A stretch of 64,000 nucleotides of DNA, taken from Basidiobolus meristosporus CBS 931.73. Lineage: Eukaryota > Fungi > Basidiobolomycota. This document shows positions 23,431 to 35,968 of the stretch, piece after piece (within the stretch, counting starts at the first letter, position 1; each line of letters starts with the position of its first letter). Under the pieces are notes generated by a model, which saw only the letters and a list, made by a program, of their open reading frames with translations, made no database searches and had not been told where the DNA came from. The stretch is from NCBI GenBank assembly GCA_002104905.1, contig MCFE01000216.1, positions 62,348 through 126,347 of the forward strand, given 5' to 3'. A program made the position numbers and the translations under genes.

Positions 23431-23972
23431 GTTTCTCGAGAAATAAGGAGGAGTGGAAAAGCGCAACAACAAGGCGGTATTCACAAGCAGAGTTAAAAGG
23501 CAGGGAAGTAAAGCTTTTGTGAATATACGCTATGCCCCCGTTCCTATATCCAATCACCCCAAGAATCCGAGATTTCGCCCCACCTCGCATTCTTGAGGGA
23601 TGGAATTTTTCACTAGTCCGAACATTACATGGATTCGGTGCGGTCGTAGGGCTTTCCCCAAGCTTTCGCTCACGAATGAGTTACACCTCCCCTTTTCATT
23701 GGCTGCAGGCCGGATATTGCGATGGAATTTTTTTACTCTTTTATTGACCAATTCTACAAAACCCCACCCACAATGGACGTTTAATTCAGTGGCTATTTAA
23801 GGATGTTTGATGATGATTTTGCTTAGTAAATCCGCTGGTATATTTTTTGCAATAAACATGGAGTTACAGTAAGATTAAGGATTACTTCCGGCAGTTGAGA
23901 GTCAATCAACTCCACGGCAAAGGATGCAGAAGAGCAGGTGAAGTAAACTACGAATCACGCGCGAGCGGCGCT

Positions 23973-24656
23973 TCAGTAATCATAATTTTCTCTGTTGAAG
24001 TTTGGATCCTGGGTGAAGGGGGCCAGCACTTTGCTGCCAGTTTGTAGTAAAGGATGTCCAGCCACACTAAACAATGGTCAATCGAGTCAATAAACATGCT
24101 CCACTGGGGGTTGGGCACAGGGTTGGTCAGGAACACACTCACATTTGTAAAAATCTCTCCAGGCCCTCTCTACGCTGTTCGATGACTTCGTCGGAGAACC
24201 GATTGGTGAACACCTTGCCAGGAAGAGGTGGGATGTTGACTCTGGGACATTCTCTCTCGAGGACATCCCGGAACCATTCAAAATCTCGATAGCGTCTACG
24301 GACTGTAGAGGTCTCTAATTTAAAGGCCGGGAGGTTGGTCTACAGAAGGTGATTCCAAGATGAGTTTCCTAACCCTTTGCATCGAGAAAATTGCCAGAGT
24401 GTGCTCACTTACACGACACTGAATCTCGTAATCGGTATACATCTTGCGGCCATAGCCTTATTCGGGAAGCAAGTTTGAAAGTCTTGTTTTCAGCAACCAG
24501 GAAAGAACTGTGTTGAGTAAAAGGAGAGTTACCATGGGTTTGAGGATTACGGACTTCGATCTCCAGAAAATTCTCAGGAACCCCGTAGACATCATCGAGT
24601 GATTGCTCTTTTATTTGTGGCCTTGTACTGTCACCGAAAGCGCGAAAAGCTGCCAT
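23973..24656 (-). CDS. SNX3: Sorting nexin-3 (PX domain), spliced
   Basis: [94 protein letters not shown]. Confidence 0.95.
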
Positions 24657-24936
24657 CTTTGGAAGAGAGTAAGTTGGAGTACGGAAAAACAACGGTGGGG
24701 GAGCGTTTTAGAAGTTTTCCTACAGAGCTAGAAATGTAGGGTACCAAGTATCGATATCAATGGATATTCTCAATGGTTTAATGAATGAATGCTGATGTTA
24801 TTCACAGTTACAAATCTAACTAGTTTCAAGATGAATCAGGTCTATGTTAACCACGCCACCAATCAATTGTTAGGAACGTTTCTGGTTGAGAGTTTATACA
24901 TGATCAATGGGAATTAGTGTAATATGCCTCGACGAG

Positions 24937-25959
24937 TTATATGTCTTTGACAATTGAGTCGGGTGGTGCTGCCTTGTAGGTGATTTGGTACACTGTATTG
25001 ATGAAAGGGAACAGCTGAATCTTCTCCTTCTGAACCAGGTGGTTGTAGACTCTCTGTATGGTGACTGGCCCTTGAAGCTTTTGCCCGTTCAGGAGTTCGT
25101 CTTCTAGAACGTTGAAGGGCTTTCCTGTCTTCACGAAAGCCTCGCCTAGCTTGCGGTTGCGACCAGCATAGTAGAGCGAAATCATTTCCGCTATCCCACA
25201 GCTCTCGTAGAACGTCTCTTTTTTCACTTCAGGGTAGAACGTTTTCGCGAACTTTATGATTTCCATCAGGCCGATTCGAACTATGGCTGCCTTGGTATTG
25301 CCCCCAAGATCGAGGCCGTCCACAATCCCCGCGGCGATACCCAAAATGTGCTTCAAGGCTCCACATAGCTCCACACCGATGATGTCGTTGACTACGTTGA
25401 TACTAAGGTACGAGGTGCTGAAGAGCTTCTCGAAAAGCTTCCCGTGTTCGTACACCCGAGTGCCGATAGTGGTTTCGCAAAAGCTCTCGGCAGCCACCTC
25501 TGAGGCCACGTTGGCGCCGGACATAACGCTAACGTCGATGTCGAGAAGTTCCTCGATCACTTCGGAGAAGAAGCGAATACCACTGAAAGAAGAGTCAAGA
25601 CCCTTGATTAGAGAAATAGCTATAGCATCTGGTCGGATATGGCCAACCATTCGGCGAAGGATCTCTTTCAGGAATTGCGGAGGGAGAACAAAGACAAGCA
25701 CTGTAGCATCCTGGATACATTCGATGAGGTTTGAGTTGGCAACCACGTTCTTGGGCAGTGCCACGCCGGGCAAATATCTGACATTTTCATGTTTCGTATT
25801 GATGATATCAGCCAGGCTCTGGCCACCGACGAGCTCATCATGCACCCACATGTACACCTCATCGCTCAACTCCTCGTGCTTTGTGACATTGATGCCAATA
25901 ATCTTCGCAGCAACGGAGCCCCAGTTCCCCGACCCAACTATGCATACTCTTTCGGCCAT
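24937..25959 (-). CDS. GPD1: NAD-dependent glycerol-3-phosphate dehydrogenase family protein, divergent active site (340 aa, intronless)
   Basis: GSGNWGS, HENVRYLPG, SLIKG, GANVASEVA, ELCGALK, NTKAAIVRIG, ESCG, GRNRK, NGQKLQG. Confidence 0.88.
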   Translation of the reverse strand: MAERVCIVGSGNWGSVAAKIIGINVTKHEELSDEVYMWVHDELVGGQSLADIINTKHENVRYLPGVALPKNVVANSNLIECIQDATVLVFVLPPQFLKEILRRMVGHIRPDAIAISLIKGLDSSFSGIRFFSEVIEELLDIDVSVMSGANVASEVAAESFCETTIGTRVYEHGKLFEKLFSTSYLSINVVNDIIGVELCGALKHILGIAAGIVDGLDLGGNTKAAIVRIGLMEIIKFAKTFYPEVKKETFYESCGIAEMISLYYAGRNRKLGEAFVKTGKPFNVLEDELLNGQKLQGPVTIQRVYNHLVQKEKIQLFPFINTVYQITYKAAPPDSIVKDI

Positions 25960-26403
25960 AAGTAACAGCTAAGATAGCAGGTGAAAGTACTAAGCGAATA
26001 TTTTGGCATCCACCCGCCTTTATATATTCAAGGAAGGGCTCCGCGGTGCACAACCGCCGCTGCCTCGAACTCCGAGGGGACAATGGGAAATTATATGCAC
26101 AGAGTTAGAAAGGTATGCTATCATAAGAGAAACCCCGACTCCCAATTCAGGGCGAAAGGTTTAGGATTGTGTTGGTGAATGTGATGAAGAAATGACCCAA
26201 TTTGTATGGGAGGTCAGCAATCCTAAGATTGAATTTGAACTATTGGTCGAGGGGTTGGCTGCCTAGGCACGGATGAATATGCGGTAGGGTCTCCACTACA
26301 CGGATGCTCGAGTAAACCTTAATGGCTTCGAGGAAAATGTTTTTCCGTTTTATTGAAGTGGGTCATTTGATCAGTGGAGTGAGATGGATTTTCGAGGAGA
26401 TAT

Positions 26404-27192
26404 TCATTGGGTTGCTGATAAATAGGGATTGGCCTCCCAAGATTGAGGTTGCGTATCGACGATCGCCGAGGCGACGGGGTCCTCCCTACACCGATCTGAG
26501 CCACTTTCCCAGTACCAGCCATTCTTGCGCCAGAGTGCATATTTGTACCGGATGTTTCGCATCTCACTGCGTGCCAGTTCATTCACGCCTATGGATACCT
26601 CGTGGTGTGTCCCGACTGCTATAAGTTCTAAACCGGAGCTGGGAACCCAGTTGCCAAGTAATTCGTGGCCTCCACAAACATAGATTTTATCCTCGGCTTG
26701 CAGGGTGACATCGAGCAGTTTGAAAGTAAGGACTCGCACGTCCCGTGTGGCAGACTCTAGGATGTAATCCAAAGTTCTCGCGTAGTCTAGGTTGGGCCGG
26801 CTCTTCAGCCCACCCAGGCCATTTCCAATGAGGTCCAGAAATGGCTTGTGTTCTTCCAAGCAAAGTCGATACTTGTTCACCAATAGCTCGCTCTCCTCCT
26901 GGCGACGTTTATACTGGCCTACTAAAGACTCGTTCTCTTCTAGACGACGCTTGTAGGAGGCGATCAAGGTTTTGAGATCCCCTATTTCCTGCGTCTGATG
27001 GTGTCGGCTTTCACGGTGCTCACAGTCGGTGGTTTTGAGCTTCTTGTTCTCTGCTTCCAGCAGCAGCAGCTTCGCCTTCAACCGGTCTAATTCATTTTGG
27101 GCTTCGGCTAGGGGGGATGGGTTGGGTGGGAGATAAAGAGACTTGAGCCCTTTCCAAGTGTTGGCGAAGAGGAAGAAAAGTCCGTTAAGCAT
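26404..27192 (-). CDS. Coiled-coil protein with C-terminal CBM20 (starch/glycogen-binding) domain (262 aa, intronless)
   Basis: Heptad region 30-120; C-terminal LTFKL..T...DKIYVCGGHELLGNWVPSSGLEL...YKYALW....YWESGSDR matches the CBM20 signature. Confidence 0.72.
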   Translation of the reverse strand: MLNGLFFLFANTWKGLKSLYLPPNPSPLAEAQNELDRLKAKLLLLEAENKKLKTTDCEHRESRHHQTQEIGDLKTLIASYKRRLEENESLVGQYKRRQEESELLVNKYRLCLEEHKPFLDLIGNGLGGLKSRPNLDYARTLDYILESATRDVRVLTFKLLDVTLQAEDKIYVCGGHELLGNWVPSSGLELIAVGTHHEVSIGVNELARSEMRNIRYKYALWRKNGWYWESGSDRCREDPVASAIVDTQPQSWEANPYLSATQ

Positions 27193-27796
27193 CGATGGTC
27201 AGCAACGAGAAAAAATCTATATCATCGTCACCGCGAAGGCGTCTGAAATATGTTCCTTCTGCTGTGGCGAACATTGTTGATCAATCATATATTTATAGTG
27301 AATTCCTGAGATGAATCTGGATCGATCCTGTTGGAAGGCAGTGGGTGAACGAACATACACGACATAAATGGGAAGTCATCAAAAAATGGTGAAATCAGTG
27401 TATCAATGAACAGTGGAATCTGGTTATCTACGCAGATCTATCGAAGCCTAAATTCATCGGGGTCGCCACGAAATCCGATCAATTCTCAGGTAACATTAGG
27501 ATCATTTTGACAAGATAGTGGTAGTGGTACATCACTCATCACCCATCGCCCATCACCTATCACCTATCATCCATCAACCCAGAAAGCCCAGCCTAAGATA
27601 TATTCACTTGACATTGCCCCTCTTTTTGGCAAGAATGATGACTTTGATTCCGTATACACTGATTGTGCTCGGTGGACGGGCTTATCAATGTACTCCAAAC
27701 ACTTTTCTAGATTCTACGATAAGTGAAAACTCGGCTTGGGTGATTCGCCTTTATTGGGGATAGATTCAATGGGCGGCCTTCATAATTAATCATGGA

Positions 27797-30700
27797 TTAC
27801 GGTTGATGCGAAGCAGTCCCAGATCTGCTCAATTTCTCCTGTCGTTTTTGTTGTCTGAACGCCAGGATCTTCTCCTTCAATTCGGTGTCTGTCGACAGAG
27901 AGGTTAGATTGTTTGGCGACAATGGATCAAATCAACGGCACTTACTTGGTATCACCATGTCGATGGTCAAAGGCTTGCGGTTAAATGGATCAATGGAATC
28001 ACTTAGGAGATGTGATTTGATGGTAGATCTGTCAACAGTAATGTTGGATGTGGGCAGGATGACTGGGTCTTCCATGACCGAGTACATCAATGGATCCAGG
28101 AACTCATCAGGCACTTCGCCCAGCTCTTCCTCTTCATCCATTTCCGACATTCTCTTTGTCTCCACCTCGTTGACCAAGTTTCTCAACGACATGATTTCGT
28201 CTGGTAGCTTCAGTCCAAATCTGGACATGATTCCGGCGGCCTTGATAAACAGCTCTTTCTGGTAACTGCGTGTATCTCTGGCAATGGCTTGCACAAACTC
28301 AGGGCAATTAAGGTGCAAATACACCGACACGATGTCGGACAGCAATTGGCGTGGGTTGAATTGGTACTTCTCTGGATCGCGCACCTTCAGTTCTGTGCAC
28401 TTCGGCCCGACCATGCTGTTCAGGTTGTAGTTCAGCATAGCAGCCAATCTATCTACGATTTCGGGGGTCATGAATGGTTCGACAATGGATTCGGTCAAAT
28501 AGCACAACATGTTGACCGTCTCGTTTCCAAGTGCGATGCAAGATTGGGCTTGGCGTTCATCCTGCTGCAACAACGCCTCCCTTTCTGAGCGCTCTTGGTT
28601 CGGCCTCTGGTTCCACGCCTCCGTGTTGGCCATCTCCTTCTGGATAGTGTGTATCTCAGCGAGCTTGCTCAATCCTTCGTCCAACAGGTAGGTGGTATCG
28701 TTGATCAATAGATTCACGAATCTGACAAATGTTTCGCTTCTACTTTCCTTCACCAATTTCTCTCGGTGGAATTGATTTTTCCATGCTGCCTTCAGAACCT
28801 GCGATATGTTGTAGCGTATGTTGAACTTGTCGTAGAATTGTGAATGCAGCCCGGTTTGCTCGACCTCCACATAGAACTTCATCAAAGAGGGCATCAAGTG
28901 CTGCAGGGCCAGTGCGTTCGTATCGAAGTAGGCGGCCAGTCCGCCAAGAGGCTCGCCAGGGAATGGCAGGTGAAGAAGAAGAGAATCTCCACCAGCTTAG
29001 CCTTGAGGTAGGGGTTTTTGATGTACTTGGTATTTCCAATAAAGGTGACGATGAAGTTGATCAAATCATCGCATGAGGAGGACTGGGTGAAAAGACTTGG
29101 GTTGTATCTGGCAACAAATAGGAAGAATTCGGCGATGTCTTCAATGATGTACTCGGGAAGCATGGCAAATCTTGGTGGGATCTCAGCGGGCAAGGGCAGA
29201 TTGATACGGGTCCATGGGTGTTGTTGCTTGGGGTCCACGAGACGGATCAACCAATTCATCACAAAACTATAGAACCTCATTGAATCCAAGAGTAGTTGTG
29301 ACTCCAACAGTTGGGTATCTAAGCAGAGTTTGTGAGTCATTTGCTTCTCCAACTGGGCCTTACACCTTTTGAGGATCTCTTCATTCAAGGCCGCGGTGGG
29401 GGTGTTTGCCCAGCGTGGGGCGTCCTCCTTCATGCGTTCGTACTGTTTACGCATCTCAGAGAAGTCGCGAATGAAGTTGTTGTAATAAGCAAAGCTACGA
29501 AGCAAGCCGTAATGATGAAACTCGATCGTAAGGAAGAACACATCAGAAATGAAGTTCGGTGCTATGGAATAAGGTGTATGAGCAACCGCCATTTTTGCCG
29601 CACCATAATGGCACCTACCTTTACTATCTTCAGCGGACTGCTTATAGTAGCTGTCGGATTCATCTTGGGTGGCATTGATTTTGGTGGTTTCGGCAATATC
29701 GATCAGATCCGACTTTCGGAAGTAGTCCGGATCAACTCGATCTATCTGTTGATGTATTAAGGTTAGGGGGCTTCCACAAACAAACGCCATGCATGGTTAT
29801 TTACCTTGGAGGATTTTGCATCCAAAAACGGATCACAAAACTTGAGCAAGGTAGTGGTTAAGTTGGTCATATATCCATCTGAGGAGACGGTCTTTCTGTC
29901 GACCTAGTGTTTCGTTTGAAGCCTTAGTACCCGTCACCCTGGTAACGTAATCAAAGGGTAGCAGACCTGCATCTGTGCTCTCTTCTCGTTCTTCTTGATC
30001 ACCTCTGCATAATACTTCAACAGGCTCTGTCTAGACTCTGGGGATGCTCTCACAATGGAGTTCATGATGTTGAAAAGAGTGCTCTTTTCGAGAGAAATCA
30101 GCCAAGGTGATGGTCTAGACACCGCAATTTTGATGAACTCGTACCTGCAAGTTCTGAAGTGTCCCCCGAAGAGACATCATGGACGACTGAACATCCGCGT
30201 GAGTTTTTGTGCTTGGGTTGGAAAAATACAGATCGGCGATAGATGGCTTGATAGGAGGTCGGTGAGTATGTGGCTGCTTTCAGTTCAGCTACAAGTTATA
30301 TTTACATCATCCTCCGGGAACACAGATAGCTTGAAAAAGGGCCCAAGCAGCGTTGCCAGCTCTAATGTTCTGGGCGGCAAGTTTTCTGGATTCCAATTTG
30401 GCATTTTTGGAAGCTACGCCAGGTTAATACTGGGACTCACTCGTGTTTATGGTGCCAGTATACTACTTACTGCTACCGCCAAGGGCTTGATGCTAGTCAG
30501 TATAGAGAGCGTCTAGAAGGTACAAATTAGCGACCCCTCAACAAAGCGATCCACATCCAAGAAAGTAGTTACCCGCAGTGGGGTTCTGAATTCTGTCAAC
30601 AGCGTTTGTGAGCGCATCACTGCCGAAATTCCGGTGAACGCTGGCCCTAATACCTAAAGCTTAAGTATTAGTACAGGCCTAGTGACTGCAGGTAGACATG

Positions 30701-31562
30701 GTTTGCGAATACCTCTTCTATTCCATCTTCTTGAAATCTAACACACAATTCCTCCAAAAATTCCAATGGCACCCCTTCTGGACTATCCGGATCTTTCAGT
30801 AACTTGGGCACGATGATGGCCCCGCCAAGTTCAATAACGCTGAAGAGCATTTAGCGCAAAGCATTTCATAGCATCGAGTGACTCTCCATACCTATCTTGC
30901 TGTGGGAACATTTCAGGCATTTGCAACACGATTCCGGCATACGACACGCTCAATCTCTTAATAGCCTCGAGGACTTGTACTCTCTCTTGAGCCACTTGTT
31001 CGCCCAGGCTCTAGAACCAGACGTGAGTAACTAACCCTCGGGCGGTTGTTGAGCGAGGGAGGGAAATACCTTTTGTCGACTCAGTGTACCACGCTTTATT
31101 TCGCTGGCGCGCTTCCAACAACCCAACAGATAATCGAAAAGAGGGATGCCAAGTTGTTGTGGGGTGGGGGATTTTGGAGCATCCTCCTCCATCAAAGAAC
31201 TACCATTAGGATCATACGATAACCGTGCGATCATTGTTCTATCTAACAGATCTTGAGTAATCCTCAAGTTGGAAGTGCCTATACACTGGTGAGCAAATCG
31301 AGGTATTTCGGTGCATAGCAAGGGACCAACATACCCAACTCTTCTTGCAACTCCACCGATAGATCGTTTAAATAAAGTTTACTTTGGTCAGCTTCAGAAT
31401 GCTTACGCAAGATGTAAAAGGTTGGTAAGTTTCTCAAGTCGCCAGTAAGATATCCCATATAGAACAACCCCAAGAGATACTCACATTCAAAGTGACTTGA
31501 AGCACCCGTGAGATGGCGCTGTTTTGCCAATCCAAGAAATCTTTCACAGGTTTCTGCTCCAT
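27797..31562 (-). CDS. UFD2: U-box E4 ubiquitin ligase Ufd2/UBE4B, multi-exon
   Basis: Start MEQKPVKDFLDWQNSAISRVLQVTL; PNFISDVFFLT; IKNPYLKAKLVEIL; VEQTGLHSQFYDKFNIRY; FVRFVNLLINDTTYLLDEGL; U-box VPDEFLDPLMYSVMEDPVILP...DRSTIKSHLLSDSIDPFNRKPL. Confidence 0.95.
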
Positions 31563-32126
31563 ACGAAAGTGGTTGAGCGAACAGGCTTTTAAAAGTGGTG
31601 GTTGTGTTTGTGTTTGTGGTGGTTGTGTGGTAACAGGAAAGTGGAGCCGCTTCTAGACGTCAAGACTAGATTGACTAATAAATAGGAAATGAAATATGCT
31701 GTACCGCAACTTGATATTTCCTATTATTGATGACGACTCTCGAATATTAATGAGATATCATGGTTCTTGTTGCTCGGATGGATTAGGATGAAATATCTCC
31801 GTTTAAATATGGTTTAAATCGATTCAGAGCGACGCAACTTATTGACGTTCTGGCTATCCTGAGTCACCTAGCCAAAGCCAAGCCATGCTATCACCAATTC
31901 CCTCCACGAACACGATCATATCTGAGAAGGCCATAATTTATTTTCTGCCACAGAACAGTATCGAAGTGGATGAACAAGCCCGTATGAATTCAAACGAATT
32001 ACCGAAATGTTCGACACGCGAGGGGATATACTCCTCCCGACGCTCCCCTACTCTGTCCAAGGAAGAGAAAACGTAAAATGGAAACATGTGGATGGTCAGC
32101 ATTAAGCAAGATGCCGTTGTGCTGTT

Positions 32127-33476
32127 TTAAAAGAAGACGGCGCCCAACAAGAACGAGGCAACCGAGATCACTAGGACCAACTGCAGTGGGAAGGTTTGAT
32201 CGCTGTAGGGCTGAAGTAACAAAGAGTGCGTCTGGGCATGAGTCTTTTGTGCCGATACTTCCTTGCTTGCCTTTTCGGAGGTGGCTGGTTGGCGCTAGAA
32301 ATTCGAATGTATTTAATATACTGGTACAGATCCAGGAACAATAAATGATTTACATACGTTGCGAATGGATTGTTGGTTCAACTGGCTCTCTAATCTCTGG
32401 ATTTTGGCTTCGGCCTAGGAGGCAAGCGTCAATATCATTGACATACTGAGAATGCGGAATATCAAGTAGGATAGTTACTTCGATTAATTGTCTTTTTAGG
32501 TCCTGGTCCTCTTGCTTGGGGGAAACGTGTGCGCTCTAACAACCCAATATGTAAGTGAAACGGAGCACATTACCGAAAACATTGCCATAGTCACCTCCTC
32601 CCTGGTGGTCTCAGGTTTGCTGAGAGGGGCTTGGCTGAGTGTGCTCTCTGGGATATCAGACAGAGTTGAGGGAATAGCCGTTAGCGACTCAACTGGTGAA
32701 CCAATTATAGGGCTGGCGTTTGAGGATTGAGTTAGAGAGGCAGTGGCGGGCGTGATTTCCTGGTAGGACGGGGGAAGTTGAGAATCGTTCAAAGGATTAA
32801 TATCTCTCTCCTCCTAGCCAGACATAATATTTCAGAAATTTAAACGAAGACTAAGGAAATCGAGCTTTTTACCTCTTCGTGACCGGCAGGGGGAAGATAG
32901 GAGCATCGAAGTTTACGCTCATTAATACTACTCTTATCCGCTGTTTCAATAGAGCTCCACTAAGAAGCAAAAGTAAGAGACCAGGGGCTTTTAAAAAGAT
33001 ATGCTGAGCATTTCAGTACCAGCTCTTGAAGATTTTGTGTCTCCTTGTCAGGAGTGATGGCAATGCTTTGAACAAGGAATTTATCCTTGCATTTGAAGTC
33101 AAGTGGTGGATCCTCTTTCAGGGGCTGCAAGATGACTACGATGAGTAATGAGACAAGGTTTGTATGACTTCAATATGGATTCTGATGGGATGTTGAGCTT
33201 GGAGAATACCTTGCACTTGAACCTCTTGTCCACTTTCGATGCGTCCGGCATTGGGGCGTACACAATACTGCTTGGGTGCGGTGGTTTTTACCTTGAAGGC
33301 CACTGGCTCTTGTGAGGTGTTACGAAGAACTAGCACATCTTGGGTCAAGGTAGTCAGAGGTCCTAACGATCAAAGCACAACCAAAAGTTAACGCGAACGC
33401 ATCTAGATGGGAAGATGAAGGCGAACCACTTACTTCTAAAAGAAAGTTGAGTAGCTGGTTCAATTTGAAGTGACAT
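32127..33476 (-). CDS. SCS2: VAP/Scs2 ER membrane protein (MSP domain plus C-terminal TM), spliced
   Basis: MSLQIEPATQLSF; VAFKVKTTAPKQYCVRPNAGRIE; FKCKDKFLVQSI; last exon FPLQLVLVISVASFLLGAVFF*. Confidence 0.9.
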
Positions 33477-34466
33477 TCGAAGTGGTACAGCCGAGAATTG
33501 CTTGTGAAGGGAAGGGTTTTCAGACTTTCAAATAAACTGGAAAAGGGAGCTCTCGTTTATTGGGGATATAACGATTCACTACTTGTTGTGGAATGATGTA
33601 TTAGCATTACCAAAGATTCCTACCTGACTGTCTGAAAAATCTCAGCATCACCACATTGGATTCATCCAATTGGTCCAGATTCTCTGATTTGATTTGTTAA
33701 CATACATGGTATATTGTTATCACCACTCGACCATCATGTGAAGTTGGCTCTGATGGAAGGATCCGAGTAATATAAATAGACTAACGAACTGCATGATTGT
33801 AGTTAAATGGTTTTTTATTTATAAAATGACAATAAAAATAAAGACTCATCCTTATCACCACCATTTGGTTATCTTCGATGTCAGACACCTCAAACCATTT
33901 TAAAAAAACCCAGAACTTTACCTTATTTAGTGCTCATGACAAGGCACTCTTGGTGGGATATCTTACGTATTCGAATATATAGGAATATATGAATACTTAC
34001 TCTTTTCCAACTATACCGTACCTTTCGTAGAGAAAAGGAACTCAATTTCTAAGTGAAATTCTTGCACACAAACATGGAGTGACCTCCACGAATGTGCGCA
34101 GCTGTAATGCTCACCATAAGGAAGTGTTCGCATGTGTAATCATTGTTGGAAAAGGACACGGAACCTCTGGCATTGCTTTCATGATTTGGACTTACCAATG
34201 TACAGTGAATTGGTGTCTAGTGCCAACCCCTTGGCAACACTAGAACATTTGATTGTCTGGGTTTTCATACTCGACAAATCAATGAAGCAACTATAATTCA
34301 TCGATGAAGCTAAGCTCACACGATACTCAGCTAGGGGGTCGAGTCCGTGCAGAGCCGCTTACATCTAGTGAGGTCCGGAATGCTTGAATGAGGATGAGTG
34401 AAGAAGAATCAATGAAAAATGTACAAAATTGAGAAACAATGGTTAGACTTGATCAGCCAGTCTGAT

Positions 34467-34847
34467 CTAATAGGCAACGATGGAGTAGCGTTGAGTGGAT
34501 TTGAATCCGGATTTGATGATACTTGGGTATCCCTTGGGCATAATTGGCAGAATTGCGTTGTTCTTCTTGTGAAGCTTCAATGTGAATGGAACATCAGCGG
34601 TAGTAAGCGGCTTGTGCTCAGCTGGAGTGGCTCTGTTGTTGCCGAATGAGGTGAAGCGATTTGATTTGAGGCTTGATGTGAAGGTGGCAGAGGCAGCGAG
34701 GGTGTTAGTAATTGGTTTCGCAGGATTGGCTTTGATACTCAGTGTTGAGCCGGCAATGCGATCCTTCTGACGGCAAATCTCACTACAGTAGAGAAGTCCG
34801 GAAGTTTCAACATGCTTGCCACAGAAAGTACACCAGTCAGAATCCAT
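34467..34847 (-). CDS. Ecl1/2/3-family small zinc-finger protein (126 aa)
   Basis: MDSDWCTFCGKHV....LYCSEICRQKD fits the Ecl1 CxxC...YCSxxC motif, followed by a low-complexity tail. Confidence 0.75.
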   Translation of the reverse strand: MDSDWCTFCGKHVETSGLLYCSEICRQKDRIAGSTLSIKANPAKPITNTLAASATFTSSLKSNRFTSFGNNRATPAEHKPLTTADVPFTLKLHKKNNAILPIMPKGYPSIIKSGFKSTQRYSIVAY

Positions 34848-35533
34848 TTTGATAATTTGTGAATAGAGTATTTGAAACGAATATATGCTTTTGAGAAATA
34901 TCTCGGTGAAGAGCAATCAACCGGGAAGCCTGACTTTTATAAGGCTGAAGATCTAGGGTGCCCATGAGTTTTTTCTCTGATATTCTGGGACTTTCAATTC
35001 CTATCTATGGCATTTGCGTTCAATTCTGACAAATTACCCATCCACCTTAAGGGTGATTGGTTGCCAACCTTCTAAGAAATTCTGGCCACATCTCAATTAA
35101 AGTCCGATAAATTCCTCCAATTGACGAATCACAAGGAATTCTGAAGGGAATTGCGGATGAGCGATAGTGATGCAGTGAGTATTTTTGGCAGTAATCTGCC
35201 GAGTTCATTTAGTGCGCTTTTCTATAGCAGTCTATCGTCCCCAAAATTTGCTGAGATTTGAATCTTTTTTCAAGATTGACGAAACGTAGTACTAACCTTT
35301 CGATTGTCAGATGAATGACAAGCACAGTAACCAAAGGCTCCATCGGGATTCGCTGCATCACCAACCAACCTCACTGGTGTATCATATTGAAACATCAATT
35401 GAAACTTGACGAAATTGAAACACTCGGAGATTGTGGCTTGGCAAAATGTCAACTCCAACCTCGCATCAAATATGATAAAAAGGCTGTGTACACTCGACCA
35501 GCAACACTTACATTCTTCCTTGGCGTTTAGAAA

Positions 35534-35968
35534 ATGCGGGCCCCTACATGTCTAGCTCTTCTAGTGGTTTCCATGAGTGGTGTGGTTCAATCACTGTTAG
35601 ATGAGAGTTTACTATATCATTACTTGGCAAGCCAACACAAAGCGCCCAGCGCTTTATATTACGGTACAAAATCCAACCTGCCAGAATGGTCCTCTCTGCG
35701 TCCTGAAATAACGCTTGCTGATAAGATAGAGGACTTGAAGGCAGATATCTTGAAAAAAATGATCCTTCTTCAGGTTCATAAGGTGGCCCAGGACAGGCTG
35801 ACTCAGGATAAAAAGAACCGTGTAGCATATTTGAAGAAGACTCTTTCGAGGTATAGAAAATTCTACAAGGATGGTTACTCGACTAAGAAGGGGAAGAAGA
35901 AGTCAGGCAAGCCATCGAATGAGCCTCTTGACAAAGCGTTGGAGGTTTTGGAATCCTACCTATCTTAA
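35534..35968 (+). CDS. Hypothetical small secreted, lysine-rich protein (144 aa)
   Basis: ATG ORF with signal-peptide-like MRAPTCLALLVVSMSGVVQS, helical basic body and downstream AATAAA; no family recognised. Confidence 0.6.
   Translation: MRAPTCLALLVVSMSGVVQSLLDESLLYHYLASQHKAPSALYYGTKSNLPEWSSLRPEITLADKIEDLKADILKKMILLQVHKVAQDRLTQDKKNRVAYLKKTLSRYRKFYKDGYSTKKGKKKSGKPSNEPLDKALEVLESYLS

Noticed and set aside
34320-34360. tRNA T-loop-like GGGTCGAGTCC
   Set aside because: No acceptor stem, D-arm or anticodon arm could be folded around it.
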